From an uncultured Pseudomonadota bacterium (GTDB lineage: Bacteria; Pseudomonadota; Alphaproteobacteria; JACZXZ01), in assembly GCA_963749075.1 (NCBI GenBank), contig CAVVLJ010000020.1, forward strand, positions 416,001 to 480,000: a DNA stretch of 64,000 nucleotides. Reading direction: 5' to 3'. Positions within the stretch are counted from its first letter, which is position 1. Every line of letters begins with the position of its first letter. The notes beneath the pieces are model-generated. The model was not told the origin of the DNA and did no database searches. It worked only from the letters and a program-made list of their open reading frames with translations. A program made the translations under genes and the position numbers. Shown here in pieces: positions 35,100-45,430 of this stretch.

Positions 35100-35885
35100 T
35101 CACCCGTAGCGCGCGCCGGAGATGGTGGCGCCGCCGTCGATGACGATCGTCTGGCCGGTGATGAAGCTGCCGGCGCGGCTCGCCAGCATGACGGCGGCAC
35201 CCGCGATCTCCTGCGGCTCGCCGATGCGGCCCAAGGGATAGCTCTCGACGGCGCGCTTGTAGGTCTCCGGGTTCTCCCAGAGCGCGCGCGCGAAATCGGT
35301 GCGGATGATCGCAGGGGCGAGGCAGTTGGCGCGGATGTTCCGGCGCCCCCACTCCACCGCGATGTTGCGCGCGAGCTGCAGGTCGGCCGCCTTGGAGAGG
35401 CCGTAGATGCCGAGCTTGTCGTTGCCCTTCAAGGCCGCGATCGACGAGACGATGATGACGACGCCGTCCTTGCGCTCGGCCATGCCGGGGAGCACCTTGT
35501 TGCACAGCCACAGGTTGCTCTTCACGTTGGTCGACATGATCTTGTCGTAGGCCTCCTCGCTCACCCCCGCCATCGGCCCGAAGTAGGGGTTCGTCGCCGC
35601 GTTGCACACCAGGATGTCGATGCGGCCCCACTCCGCGAGCGTGCGCTCGACGAGGCCGTCGAGCTCGGGGAGGCGCGAGACGTTGCAGGGAATGGCGACC
35701 GCCGTGCCGCCCGCGGCACGGATGGCGCCCGCCACCTCTTCGCATTGCAGCACCTTGCGGCTCGAGATCGCCACCTTGGCGCCGAAGGCGGCCATGGCCT
35801 CGGCGATCGCCTTGCCGATGCCGCGGGTGGCGCCGGTGACGACGGCCACCTTGCCGGAGAGATCGAAGAGATCCTTCATGCTCAT
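35100..35885 (-). CDS. Short-chain dehydrogenase/reductase
   Basis: TGATRGIG, CNAATNP and YGLSK motifs. Confidence 0.93.
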   Translation of the reverse strand: MSMKDLFDLSGKVAVVTGATRGIGKAIAEAMAAFGAKVAISSRKVLQCEEVAGAIRAAGGTAVAIPCNVSRLPELDGLVERTLAEWGRIDILVCNAATNPYFGPMAGVSEEAYDKIMSTNVKSNLWLCNKVLPGMAERKDGVVIIVSSIAALKGNDKLGIYGLSKAADLQLARNIAVEWGRRNIRANCLAPAIIRTDFARALWENPETYKRAVESYPLGRIGEPQEIAGAAVMLASRAGSFITGQTIVIDGGATISGARYG

Positions 35886-35977
35886 GGCGCTTGCCCTTTG
35901 CGCTGGCGGGAGCGAGGCGGCGGCGGCTATGATCGGGCAATCATAGCAAGCTTTCGCGCGAGCCAGGGAGGGGTGCC

Positions 35978-37174
35978 GTGCGCCTTAAGCTCGATGCCGC
36001 CAATACGGCCTTCCGCGACGAGGTGCGCCGCTTCATCGATGGAGAGCTGCCCCAGGACATCCGCGCCCGCGTCGAGGCGGGAAAGCGGCTCTCCAAGGAG
36101 GACCACGTCCTCTGGCAGCGCATCCTCAATCGCCGGGGCTGGCTGGCGCCGGGCTGGCCGGCCGAGCATGGCGGCACCGGCTGGAGCCCGATCCAGCGCG
36201 TCATCTTCGAGACCGAGCTCGGCCTCGCCCCGGCACCTCCGGTCATCGCCTTCGGGGTCAATTACGTGGGCCCCGTCATCATCGCCTTCGGCAACGCGGC
36301 GCAGAAGAGGCACTATCTCCCGCGCATCCTCGAGAGCGAGGACTGGTGGTGCCAGGGCTATTCCGAGCCCGAGGCCGGCTCGGACCTGGCGGCGCTCAGG
36401 ACGCGCGCGGAGCCGGACGGCGAGCACTACCGCGTCAACGGCTCGAAGACCTGGACGACCTACGCGCAATATGCCGACATGATCTTCTGCCTGGTGCGCA
36501 CACCCGGTGCCGGGAAGAAGCAGGAGAGCATCTCCTTCCTCCTGATCGACATGAAGAGCCCCGGCATCGCGGTGACGCCGATCGTCACCATGGACGGCGG
36601 CCGCGAGGTCAACACGGTGTTCTTCGACAATGTGCGCGTGCCCAAGGCGAACCTCGTCGGCGAGGAGGGCAGGGGCTGGACCTATGCCAAATATCTCCTC
36701 GCCCACGAGCGCACCGGCATCGCCCGCGTCGGGCTCTCGACCCGGCTCCTGGCCAGGCTCAAGGCGGTCGCCGCCGCGGAGATGAGCCGCGGCCGGCCGC
36801 TCGCCGAGGACCCGGAGTTCCGCGCCAAGATCGCCGCCGTCGAGATCGATCTCCTGGCCCTCGAGGCGAGCGTCTTCCGCATCGCCTCGACGCAAGAGCC
36901 CGGCAAGCCGCCCGGGCCGGAATCCTCCATCCTCAAGATCAAGGGCTCGCTCATCCAGCAGACCCTCGCCGAGCTCCTGATGGAAGCCGCCGGCGTCTAC
37001 GCGCTGCCTTATCTCCCCGAATGGTTCGAGCCCGGCTGGAACGGCGAGCCCGTGGGGCCCGACCACGCGCCGCCGCTCGCCTCGCGCTACTTCAATTGGC
37101 GCAAGGTCTCGATCTACGGCGGCTCCAACGAGATCCAGCGCAACATCATCGCCAAGCACATGCTGGGGCTTTGA
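35978..37174 (+). CDS. Acyl-CoA dehydrogenase (PimC-like)
   Basis: WCQGYSEPEAGSDLA, NGSKTWT and SIYGGSNEIQRNII motifs. Confidence 0.92.
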   Translation: MRLKLDAANTAFRDEVRRFIDGELPQDIRARVEAGKRLSKEDHVLWQRILNRRGWLAPGWPAEHGGTGWSPIQRVIFETELGLAPAPPVIAFGVNYVGPVIIAFGNAAQKRHYLPRILESEDWWCQGYSEPEAGSDLAALRTRAEPDGEHYRVNGSKTWTTYAQYADMIFCLVRTPGAGKKQESISFLLIDMKSPGIAVTPIVTMDGGREVNTVFFDNVRVPKANLVGEEGRGWTYAKYLLAHERTGIARVGLSTRLLARLKAVAAAEMSRGRPLAEDPEFRAKIAAVEIDLLALEASVFRIASTQEPGKPPGPESSILKIKGSLIQQTLAELLMEAAGVYALPYLPEWFEPGWNGEPVGPDHAPPLASRYFNWRKVSIYGGSNEIQRNIIAKHMLGL

Positions 37175-37199
37175 GGGGGCGCGCGGGGGCCGGTTGCGC

Positions 37200-37355
37200 G
37201 CCTTGAACCAGCCGGCACGCAGACTTCGGCAGCCCGACGGGCGCTTGCGGCACTGGATCTGGGTCGTGGAGCGCGAGCGCTGGCTTCGCGTCGTCACGGA
37301 GCCTGACGGCGAAACGGTTCATAACGGCTTCTGGGATCGGGGTTTCCAGCCATGA
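37200..37355 (+). pseudogene. 5'-truncated small toxin-like gene (not in the ORF track)
   Basis: Reads ALNQPARRLRQPDGRLRHWIWVVERERWLRVVTEPDGETVHNGFWDRGFQP*; the stop overlaps the ATG of the DUF2283-like gene (ATGA). Confidence 0.55.
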
Positions 37356-37603
37356 CAGTCGAGCCGAGCATCCGTTACTACCCAGACACCGGTACGATGG
37401 CGATCGAGATTCGCCCATGGCCGGCACATTCCGGCGGCGATGTGTCGGCAATAGGCGGTAAGGATTCGGGTGAGGATTTGGTCATCCATTATGCGGCGGA
37501 CGGGCAGCCGTGGCTTTGGGAAATCGAGCATGCCTCGGCCCATCCCGAGCATATCGCGGCGGCGCTCGAGCAGATTCGCCGCCAAAGCTCGATCGCCGCA
37601 TAG
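37352..37603 (+). CDS. DUF2283-like small protein (putative antitoxin)
   Basis: IRYYPDTGTMAI...DLVIHYAADG....EIEHAS pattern. Confidence 0.7.
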   Translation: MTVEPSIRYYPDTGTMAIEIRPWPAHSGGDVSAIGGKDSGEDLVIHYAADGQPWLWEIEHASAHPEHIAAALEQIRRQSSIAA

Positions 37604-37659
37604 CCCGCGAGGCAGCGGACAAAGCCGCTTCCGCACTTGGAATTGGACGAGAGCACCCG

Positions 37660-38811
37660 ATGGATCTCTCGCTGAGCGACGAGCAGCGGCTCCTCCAGGA
37701 GAGCGTCGAGCGTTTCCTCGCCAAGGAATATCCCTTCGACAAGCGGCGCGCGTTGCTCGCGAGCGAGCTCGGCTTCAGCCGCGCCATCTGGGCGCAGTTC
37801 GCCGAGCTCGGCTGGCTCGGTATCGGCATCCCGGAGCCGCTCGGCGGGCTCGGCGGCGGCGCCGTCGAGAGCGCCATCGTCATGCAGGGCATCGGGCGGC
37901 ACCTCGTGCTCGAGCCCTATCTTGCGAGCGCCGTGCTGGGCCGCAGCCTGCTCGCGAAGGCGGGCGGTGCCGCGGCCGGCCTCCTCCCCGAGCTCGTCAA
38001 GGGCCGGCTCATGGTGGCGCTCGCCCACGACGAGCCCAAGGCGCGCTTCGAGCTCGCCCATGTGGAGACGCGGGCCGAGCGTGCGGGCGGCGGCTTCAGG
38101 CTCTCAGGCCACAAGGCCGTCGCACTCGGAGCACCGAGCGCCGACCGCCTCATCGTCTCCGCGCGCACTGCGGGCGGCGTTGCCGAGCGGGACGGCATCA
38201 CGCTCTTCCTCGTGCCGCGGGAGGCGGCGGGCCTCAGCCTCGTGCCCTATCGCACGGCCTGCGGCCAGCGCGCGGCGGAGGTCAGGCTCGCGGGCGTCGC
38301 CGTGCCGGCCGAGGCGATTCTCGGCGAGCTCGACCGCGGCTCAACGCTCCTCGAGCATGCCCTCGACGAGGCGCTTGCAGCACTGGCCGCCGAGGCGGTG
38401 GGCGCCATGGAGGCGCTCCTCGCCATGACGTGCGGCTATCTCAAGACGCGCAAGCAGTTCGGCGTGCCGATCGGCAGCTTCCAGGTGCTGCAGCACCGCC
38501 TCGTCGACATGCTCATGGCCTTGGAGCTCGCGCGCTCGACGGCGGCGGCCGCGGCGCACATCCTCGCCCAGGACGGCTCGCAAGCGGACGTGACCTACCG
38601 TGCGCGCGCCGCGGCGGCGGCCAAGGTGCAGGCCGGCCGCGCCGGACGGCTCGTCGGCCAGGAGGCGGTGCAGCTCCACGGCGGCATGGGCATGACCGAC
38701 GAGCTCGCCGTCGGCCACTACCTCAAGCGCCTCGCCATGATCGACGTGAGCTTCGGCAACGCCGATCACCACCAGCGCCGCTTCGCCGAGCTCGAGCCCG
38801 CCGCCGCTTGA
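37660..38811 (+). CDS. Acyl-CoA dehydrogenase (PimD-like)
   Basis: MDLSLSDEQRLL, RKQFGVPIGSFQVLQHR and QLHGGMGMTDE motifs. Confidence 0.92.
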   Translation: MDLSLSDEQRLLQESVERFLAKEYPFDKRRALLASELGFSRAIWAQFAELGWLGIGIPEPLGGLGGGAVESAIVMQGIGRHLVLEPYLASAVLGRSLLAKAGGAAAGLLPELVKGRLMVALAHDEPKARFELAHVETRAERAGGGFRLSGHKAVALGAPSADRLIVSARTAGGVAERDGITLFLVPREAAGLSLVPYRTACGQRAAEVRLAGVAVPAEAILGELDRGSTLLEHALDEALAALAAEAVGAMEALLAMTCGYLKTRKQFGVPIGSFQVLQHRLVDMLMALELARSTAAAAAHILAQDGSQADVTYRARAAAAAKVQAGRAGRLVGQEAVQLHGGMGMTDELAVGHYLKRLAMIDVSFGNADHHQRRFAELEPAAA

Positions 38812-38822
38812 ATGCGGCGGCG

Positions 38823-39188
38823 CTACGGCTTGGCGGCCGGCGCCGTCGCGGGCGGTGTCGCGGCGGGTGCCGGCTGGGCCGGGGCCGGGGTCGGAGACGC
38901 GGCGGCCGGCGGCGCTGCCGTCCTCGGCGCGCGCGGGGCGCGCGGCGGCCGCGGCGGGAGGGCCGCCAGCACCTCCGCCTCGGCCTGCTTCACGAGATCG
39001 AGCGCCTTGGCGCGGTGCCCGTCGAAATCCTGGGCCGCCTGCGTGAGGTGGCGCTCGGTGGTGTGGATGGAGCGCAGGGCCAGCCGCATCTGACGGACCT
39101 CCGGGCTTTCCGCTGCGAAGGCGTTTCCGGCTGCACTGACCGCGATGATGACCACCGCGGCCGCCGCGGCGTAACGCAGGTTCGACAT
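38823..39188 (-). CDS. Small secreted hypothetical protein with Pro/Ala-rich tail
   Basis: RBS AGGGAG; signal peptide ending AFA; DFDGHRAKALDLV helix. Confidence 0.7.
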   Translation of the reverse strand: MSNLRYAAAAAVVIIAVSAAGNAFAAESPEVRQMRLALRSIHTTERHLTQAAQDFDGHRAKALDLVKQAEAEVLAALPPRPPRAPRAPRTAAPPAAASPTPAPAQPAPAATPPATAPAAKP

Positions 39189-39431
39189 TCGACGCTCCCT
39201 CTTTATGGCAAGGCCCGCTGAGCCTGCATTGCTCGGCGAATAGCGCCAGAGTGTAGAACATGATCTGATATCTCGCCACAAGAGATTTTTTAGAATTATA
39301 GCTCTCGATAGAAATAATAACTTCCGTTATAACACTCAATGAGAGCGGGGCGGGCGGCCCCATGGCATTCTTAGTATCGGCGAACGCTGCGGAGGACGCG
39401 TCGCGTCTGGTACTGGGTCAGTTTCGCCTCC

Positions 39432-39534
39432 TCCTTCGAGACGCCGCCTACGGCGGCTCCTCAGGATGAGGCGAAACCCTAAGCACCGAGTCCTCATCCT
39501 GAGGAGCGTCGCGCTTGCGACGCGTCTCGAAGGA
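39432..39534. repeat. Palindromic repeat TCCTTCGAGACGC..CTCAGGATGAG..CTCATCCTGAGGAG..GCGTCTCGAAGGA, copy 1
   Basis: Long inverted repeat; other copies at 45197-45364 and 51277-51441. Confidence 0.8.
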
Positions 39535-39725
39535 TGAGGATTCAGCCAGATTGACCCACTACCTCGCGTCTCGTGCGCTTGTGCCGTGCGGAGGGGCCTG
39601 TTACTCTTCTAAAAATTTGCTCGATTTTTAGATAAAAAGGGGCGTCGGCGGCACGCGTCGTCGAAGGGGGCGACAAGCATTGCGACGGCGCCAGCAGGCT
39701 GGCGGCGTCGAGGGGAGCGAGCGGG

Positions 39726-42700
39726 GTGGGCAGGACCGCAAGGCGCGCGGCGGCGGCTTCCGGCGGGAGACGGGGTTGTGTGGCACCCCCTCTTGTGGTG
39801 GCCGTGCGCGCGCGCCCGCGGGGCTGGCTGCGCGGGGCGCTCCTCGCCTCGGCGGCGGGGACGCTGCTAGCGCCGTCCGTGGCCTTTGCGCTCTCGTCGT
39901 CCACGCTGCCTACGGGCGGCAATGTGGCGGGCGGCCAGGCGAGCATCAGCCAGACGGGCTCGACGCTCGACGTGACCCAGTCGAGCGAGCGCGCCATCAT
40001 CAACTGGCTGAGCTACAATCTGGTGGCGGCACCGGACGGCAGCGTGATCATGTTGGCCAAGGCGGCGAACAGCCTCTTGGGCGGGGTGATCAACAACACC
40101 GGGACCATCGCGGCGAACTCGCTCGTCTCGCACGGCGGCACGGTGACGCTCGAGGCGAGCGACACGATCACGGACTCAGGCACGATCAACGTTCTCGGGG
40201 GCGACGACGGGCGGCAGCGCCAGCCTGAGTGCGGCCTCGGTGACGCTCGCGGGCGCCACCATCGATGCCACGGGGGGCAGCGGGGGCGGCTCGATCTCGG
40301 TCGGCACCTGGTCCTCGACGAGTGTCAGCACGGACAAGGGGACGGTGCTCGACGCCTCGGCCAAGGTGAAGGGGAAGGGCGGCAAGATCGCGGTGCTCTC
40401 GGGCGGCACCACGAGCGTGGCCGGCAAGATGACGGCGCGCGGCGGCGCCCAAGGGGGCGACGGCGGCACGCTCGAGACCTCCGGCCACGTGCTGACGCTG
40501 GGTGCGCTCACGGTCGATCTGGGAGCGCCCATGGGCCGCGGCGGGAGCTGGCTCCTCGACCCCTACGACCTCACCATCGACACGATGGGGGCGGCGGACA
40601 TCGACGCGGCGCTGGTCAGCGCCGACGTGCTGGTGGAGACGACGGCGTCGAGCGCGACCCCATACGGCGTCGTCAACGCCTCGGGGAACGGCGACATCAT
40701 CGTCGCCTCGCCGATCTCGTGGTCGAGCCAGTACGGGCTCACGCTCAGCGCCTACCGCAACATCACGATCGACGCCAGCATCACCCGCGACACCGTCTCC
40801 ACAGGCAGCGGCAGCACGCTTACGCTGACGGCGGACACGGGTGGCACGAGCAGCGGCCTCAACGGACTCAGCGTGACTGACGGAGCAAAGGTGACGCTGT
40901 CGGCGAGCGGCGACTCGCTCACCATCAACGGTGCCTCCTATATGCTCATCACCAGCCTCTCCGAGCTCGAGGCGCTCGAGGGAACCGGCTTCACCCCCGA
41001 TGGTTATTACGCGCTCGACGGCGACCTCGATCTCTCGAGCGTCGCCAATTGGACGCCGATCGGCACCTCGGGCACGCCCTTCTCGGGCATCTTCGAGGGG
41101 CTCGGGCACACGCTCTCCAACCTCTCGATCAGCTCGGCCACGGGGAGCTACATCGGCCTCTTCGGCGACAGCTCGGGCACCATCAGCGACCTGCTGCTGA
41201 GCGACGTCAACGTCAGCGGCCTCAGCTATGTGGGCGCGCTGGTGGGATACAGCTCCGGCACCGTGAGCAACAGCTCGGCCTCGGGCTCGGTGAGCGGCGG
41301 CAGCGGCGGCTTCGACATCGGCGGGCTGGTGGGGTACAGCAACGGCACCGTGAGCACCAGCTCGGCCTCGGCCACGGTCAGCGGCGGCAGCAACGCCGAA
41401 TTCATCGGTGGGCTGGTGGGGGAGAATGACAGCAGCGGCACGGTGAGTGCCGCCTACGCCACGGGCTCGGTCAGCGGCGGCGGCAGCTACGCCATCGGCG
41501 GGCTGGTGGGACAGAACACCGGCGTCGTGAGCAACAGCTCGGCCTCGGGCTCGGTCAGCGACGGCGATGGCGGCGGCGCGGTCGGCGGGCTTGTGGGAGA
41601 CAACAATGCCACCGTCAGCGCGAGCTACGCCACGGGCAACGTGAGCGGCGGCAGCGGCAGCTTCTACCTCGGCGGGCTGGTGGGCTGGAACGGCGGCAGC
41701 GGCGCCACGGTGAGCGGGAGCTACGCCATCGGCAACGTGAGCGGCGGCAGCGAGAGCTACGACCTCGGAGGGCTGGTCGGCTTCAACCTCGGCACGGTCG
41801 CCAATAGTTCCGCCTCGGGCTCGGTCAGCGGCGACAGCAACAGCCTATATATCGGCGGCCTGGTGGGCTACAACTACATGGGCACCGTGAGCGCGAGCTC
41901 GGCCTCTGGCGCGGTGAGCGGCGGCAGCGACAGCATCTACATCGGCGGGCTGGTGGGCTTTACCCTCGGTGCCATCAGCTTGAGCTACGCCACGGGGAAC
42001 GGTGAGCGGCGGCAGCGGCAGCCAGGATATCGGCGGCCTCGTGGGCTGGAACGACAGCGGCGGCACGGTGAGTGCCAGCTACGCCAGCGGCAATGTGACA
42101 GGCGGCGAGGGGAGCTCCGACATCGGCGGCCTGGTCGGCTACAACCTCGGCACGGTTGCCAGCAGCTCCGCCTCGGGCTCGGTCGGCATCGGCGACAGCG
42201 GCGCCAACGTCGGCGGGCTGGTGGGATACAACTACTACACCGGCAGCGTGATCAGTAGCTGGGCGTCGGGAGCGGTCAGCGGCGGCAGCGGCAGCAGGTA
42301 CATCGGCGGGCTGGTGGGGGAGAATTACGGCATCGTCAGCGCGAGCTCGGCCTCTGGCGCGGTGAGCGGCGGCAGCGACAGCATCTACATCGGCGGGCTG
42401 GTGGGCTTTACCCTCGGTGCCATCAGCTTGAGCTACGCCACGGGGAACGTGAGCGGCGGCAGCGGCAGCCAGGATATCGGCGGCCTCGTGGGCTTCAATT
42501 ACAGCTCCGGCACGATCAGCATCAGCTTCGCCGCGGGGTCGGTGAGCGGCGGCAGCGGCAGCAGCAACGTTGGCGGGCTGGCGGGAGAAAACGACGGCCA
42601 GATCGCCAATACCTACGCCACGGGTGCGGTCAGCGGCGGCACCTACGTGGCCGGGCTACAATTCCGGCACGGTGAGCAACAGCTATGCGGTCGGCCTGGT

Positions 42701-43199
42701 CGTCGGCGGCAGCAGCACGGGCGGGCTGATCGGCACCAACTTGGGCAGCGTCATCGCCAGCTTCTGGGACATGGATACCTCGCACCAGATGACGAGCGCC
42801 GGCGGCACCGGCGAGTTCAACGAGGCGATGACGGACGAGGCGACCTTCACCAGCGCCGGCTGGGATTTCACCAACATCTGGCAGATCGGCAGCTCGACCT
42901 ATCCCTATTTCCGGGACTCGGCGTTCGCCGGCGCGCCGACCCCGACGGTGGCGCCGCCGCAGTCGCCGCCGTTGCTGCCGACCGGCGCGACCGACGGCCT
43001 CGCCCTGCCGCCGGCCCTGTCCGGCGACGGCCTGCCCACTCCGCCATTGCCGCCGGGAATCATGCAGCCGCCGCCGCCGGCCACGCTGGGATATTCCCCA
43101 CTGATGGCGGCCTCGCCGGAGCTGTCGGCCTCGCCGGAGCTGTCGCTCTCTCCCCTGGTGTCGATCACGGTGCTGTCGCAAATTCCGACGGACGAGTAG
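39726..43199 (+). pseudogene. TpsA/filamentous haemagglutinin-like exoprotein with GLUG-type repeats, fragmented by frameshifts near 40200, 42001 and 42655
   Basis: Extended signal; LPTGGNVAGG..TQSSERAIINW; GGDGGTLETSG..WLLDP; many GGLVG repeats; TpsB gene downstream. Confidence 0.75.
41890..42494 (+). repeat. Near-identical ~157-bp internal duplication (41890-42047 and 42338-42494) in the repeat region of the TpsA-like gene
   Basis: The first copy has one extra G at about 42001 relative to the second. Confidence 0.85.
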
Positions 43200-43285
43200 C
43201 GCGCGGCATCGCGGCCGTGAAACTGCGGCGCAAGGGGACCGCGGCGCAACGTAGTGCGTGGACTTCTAACGGTTCGCCTCTCCTC

Positions 43286-43362
43286 GTCATGCCCGCGAAA
43301 GCGGGCATCCACTGCAGCGGCTCCCTGGATTCCGGCTCTCCGCTTCGCTCCGGCCGGAATGA
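43286..43362. repeat. Intergenic palindrome GTCATGCCCGCGAAAGCGGG..CCA..TGGATTCC..CGGAATGAC
   Basis: Hairpin family; related copy at 51496-51550. Confidence 0.7.
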
Positions 43363-43412
43363 CGAAGGCGAGAAGTGGATACTTCTGCTAGCGACGGAAC
43401 AGTAGTAGCGCA

Positions 43413-45179
43413 ATGATGATGTCGCGGGGCAACGAGGTCGCGGAGCAGTCGACCACTGCGGCGCCGCGGCTCTTCCTCGCGGCCGCCGCGGCGCTCGCGG
43501 CCCTCGCCGCGGCTCTCATCGCTTCCCCGGCCGGCGCCCAGCAGGCGCCCAACGCCGGCACGCTCCTCCGCGAGTTCGGCCCGAGCGGCCAGCCCAAGGC
43601 AACCCCCACGCTGCCGCCGGTGCCGCTCGCACCCGAGGAGACGCCGAAGCCCGCCCGCGAGGGGGCCAAGGTGCTGGTCAAGGACTTCCGCATCAAGGCC
43701 ACCGAGTTCCCCGAGGACTCCCTCAAGGCGCTCGTCAAGGACTACGTCGGCCGCGAGCTCACCATCGGCGATCTCGAGGACGCGGCGCTCAAGATCAGCG
43801 AGTACTACCGCGAGCACGATCTCCTCGCGCGCGCTTATCTCCCGAAGCAGACCATCGAGAACGGCGTCGTCGAGATCGACGTGCTGGAGGCCAGGCTCGG
43901 CGCCGTCACGGTCGATCCGGCGAGCCGCACGCGCCTCGATCCCGATATCGCGATCGGCATCGTGCGGGGGCGGGCGCCCACGGGCGAGGTGCTGCGGCCC
44001 TCCGACCTCGAGGAAGGGGTGGCGATCGTCAACGAGATTCCCGGAGTGGTGGCCAAGGCGACGCTCGTGCCCGGCAGTGCCGCGGGCGAGACCAACGCCG
44101 ATCTCACGCTCGCCGACCGGCCGCTCGTCTCGAGCTTCCTCGTGACCGACGACGCCGGCGTGCGCTGGTCGGGCAGCCACCGCGTCGTCGGCAGCACGAC
44201 CGTCAGCGATCCCCTGGGGCTCGGCGAGCAGCTCTCGCTGGCGGCCCTGTGGACGAGCGGCAGCGAATACGACCGCCTCGCCTTCCAGATGCCGGCCGGC
44301 GATAGCGGGCTCACCCTCGGCATCAACGGCTCGAACCTGGAATACAGCCTGGGCTCGCCCTTCAACGTGCTGAACGAGGGCGGCTACGCCTATACCGGCG
44401 GCGTCACGGCGAGCTATCCGATCCGCCGCGCGCCGGGTCTGGCCCTCACCGCCGTCGCCTCCTTCGACCACAAGCGGCTCGTCGATTGGGCGCTCGGCAG
44501 CGACACGGCCGACCGCGCCCTCGAGGTCGGCAGCTTCCACTTCCTCGGCCTGGTGACCGACAAGCTCCTCGGCGGCGGCGTCAATGACTTCAACGCCGGC
44601 GTCAGCGTCGGCACGCTCAACCGCAGCGGCAACGCCCTCGATCTCTTGGCCGACAAGCTGACGGCGCGCACCCACGGCGGCTACAGCAAGCTCACCGCCG
44701 CCCTCTCGCGCTCGCAGCAGCTCTTCGCGGACACGACGCTCTTTTTCTCGGTCAACCTGCAGTACGCGCTCAAGAACCTGGAGAGCTCGGAGAAGCTCTC
44801 CCTCGGCGGACCGGGCGGCGTGCGCGCCTACCCGGTGAACGAGGCCAACGGCGACAGCGGCGCCATCGCCACGCTCGAGCTCCGCCACGACTTCTCAGGC
44901 ATCCTGGAGATCGCCGGTTTCTACGACGTGGGCGGCATCCTGCAGCACCAGGAGAGCTGGAAGGGCTGGCAGAGCAAGCTCAACGAGGCGGATGCCTACG
45001 TGCTGCAGGGCCCCGGCATCGAGGCGAGCCTGAGGCCTACGTTCCTCCCGGCGCTGCGCGCCAAGTTCACGGTGGCACGCGCCATCGGCATCAACCCCGG
45101 CCGCGACCTGAACGGCAACAACAGCGACGGCAAGCACGGCCGCAACCGCTACTGGTTCCAGATCAGCTATAGCTTCTGA
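43413..45179 (+). CDS. TpsB outer-membrane transporter (ShlB/FhaC/HecB family)
   Basis: POTRA-like segment (YYREHDLLARAYLPKQTIENGVVEI), GGPGGVRAY motif and C-terminal ISYSF. Confidence 0.9.
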   Translation: MMMSRGNEVAEQSTTAAPRLFLAAAAALAALAAALIASPAGAQQAPNAGTLLREFGPSGQPKATPTLPPVPLAPEETPKPAREGAKVLVKDFRIKATEFPEDSLKALVKDYVGRELTIGDLEDAALKISEYYREHDLLARAYLPKQTIENGVVEIDVLEARLGAVTVDPASRTRLDPDIAIGIVRGRAPTGEVLRPSDLEEGVAIVNEIPGVVAKATLVPGSAAGETNADLTLADRPLVSSFLVTDDAGVRWSGSHRVVGSTTVSDPLGLGEQLSLAALWTSGSEYDRLAFQMPAGDSGLTLGINGSNLEYSLGSPFNVLNEGGYAYTGGVTASYPIRRAPGLALTAVASFDHKRLVDWALGSDTADRALEVGSFHFLGLVTDKLLGGGVNDFNAGVSVGTLNRSGNALDLLADKLTARTHGGYSKLTAALSRSQQLFADTTLFFSVNLQYALKNLESSEKLSLGGPGGVRAYPVNEANGDSGAIATLELRHDFSGILEIAGFYDVGGILQHQESWKGWQSKLNEADAYVLQGPGIEASLRPTFLPALRAKFTVARAIGINPGRDLNGNNSDGKHGRNRYWFQISYSF

Positions 45180-45196
45180 GCGGCTGGCCCGAAATG

Positions 45197-45364
45197 AAAG
45201 GACGCTTGCACCTACCGCTGCGGGTCCTTCGAGACGCAACCCTTTCGGGTTGCTCCTCAGGATAAGGCGCATTTGTGTGTGGCAGAAAGACTAGACCTCG
45301 TCCTGAGGAGCGAGCGTAGCGAGCGTCTCGAAGGACCCACCGCAGCCGGTCCGAGGCCCCTTTG
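45197..45364. repeat. Palindromic repeat, copy 2 (extended, about 165 bp)
   Basis: Closely similar to 51277-51441, including the loop TGTGTGTGGCAGAAAGACT. Confidence 0.8.
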
Positions 45365-45430
45365 ATCGCGCGACAGCGCGAATCGCCAATGATATCCTCG
45401 GCGCGCTCTTGATCGCTACGGCAGGCTCTC

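Noticed and set aside
41890-42494. Duplicated block as a diversity-generating retroelement TR/VR pair
   Set aside because: No reverse transcriptase in the window, no adenine-specific mismatches, and both copies are coding repeats of one gene
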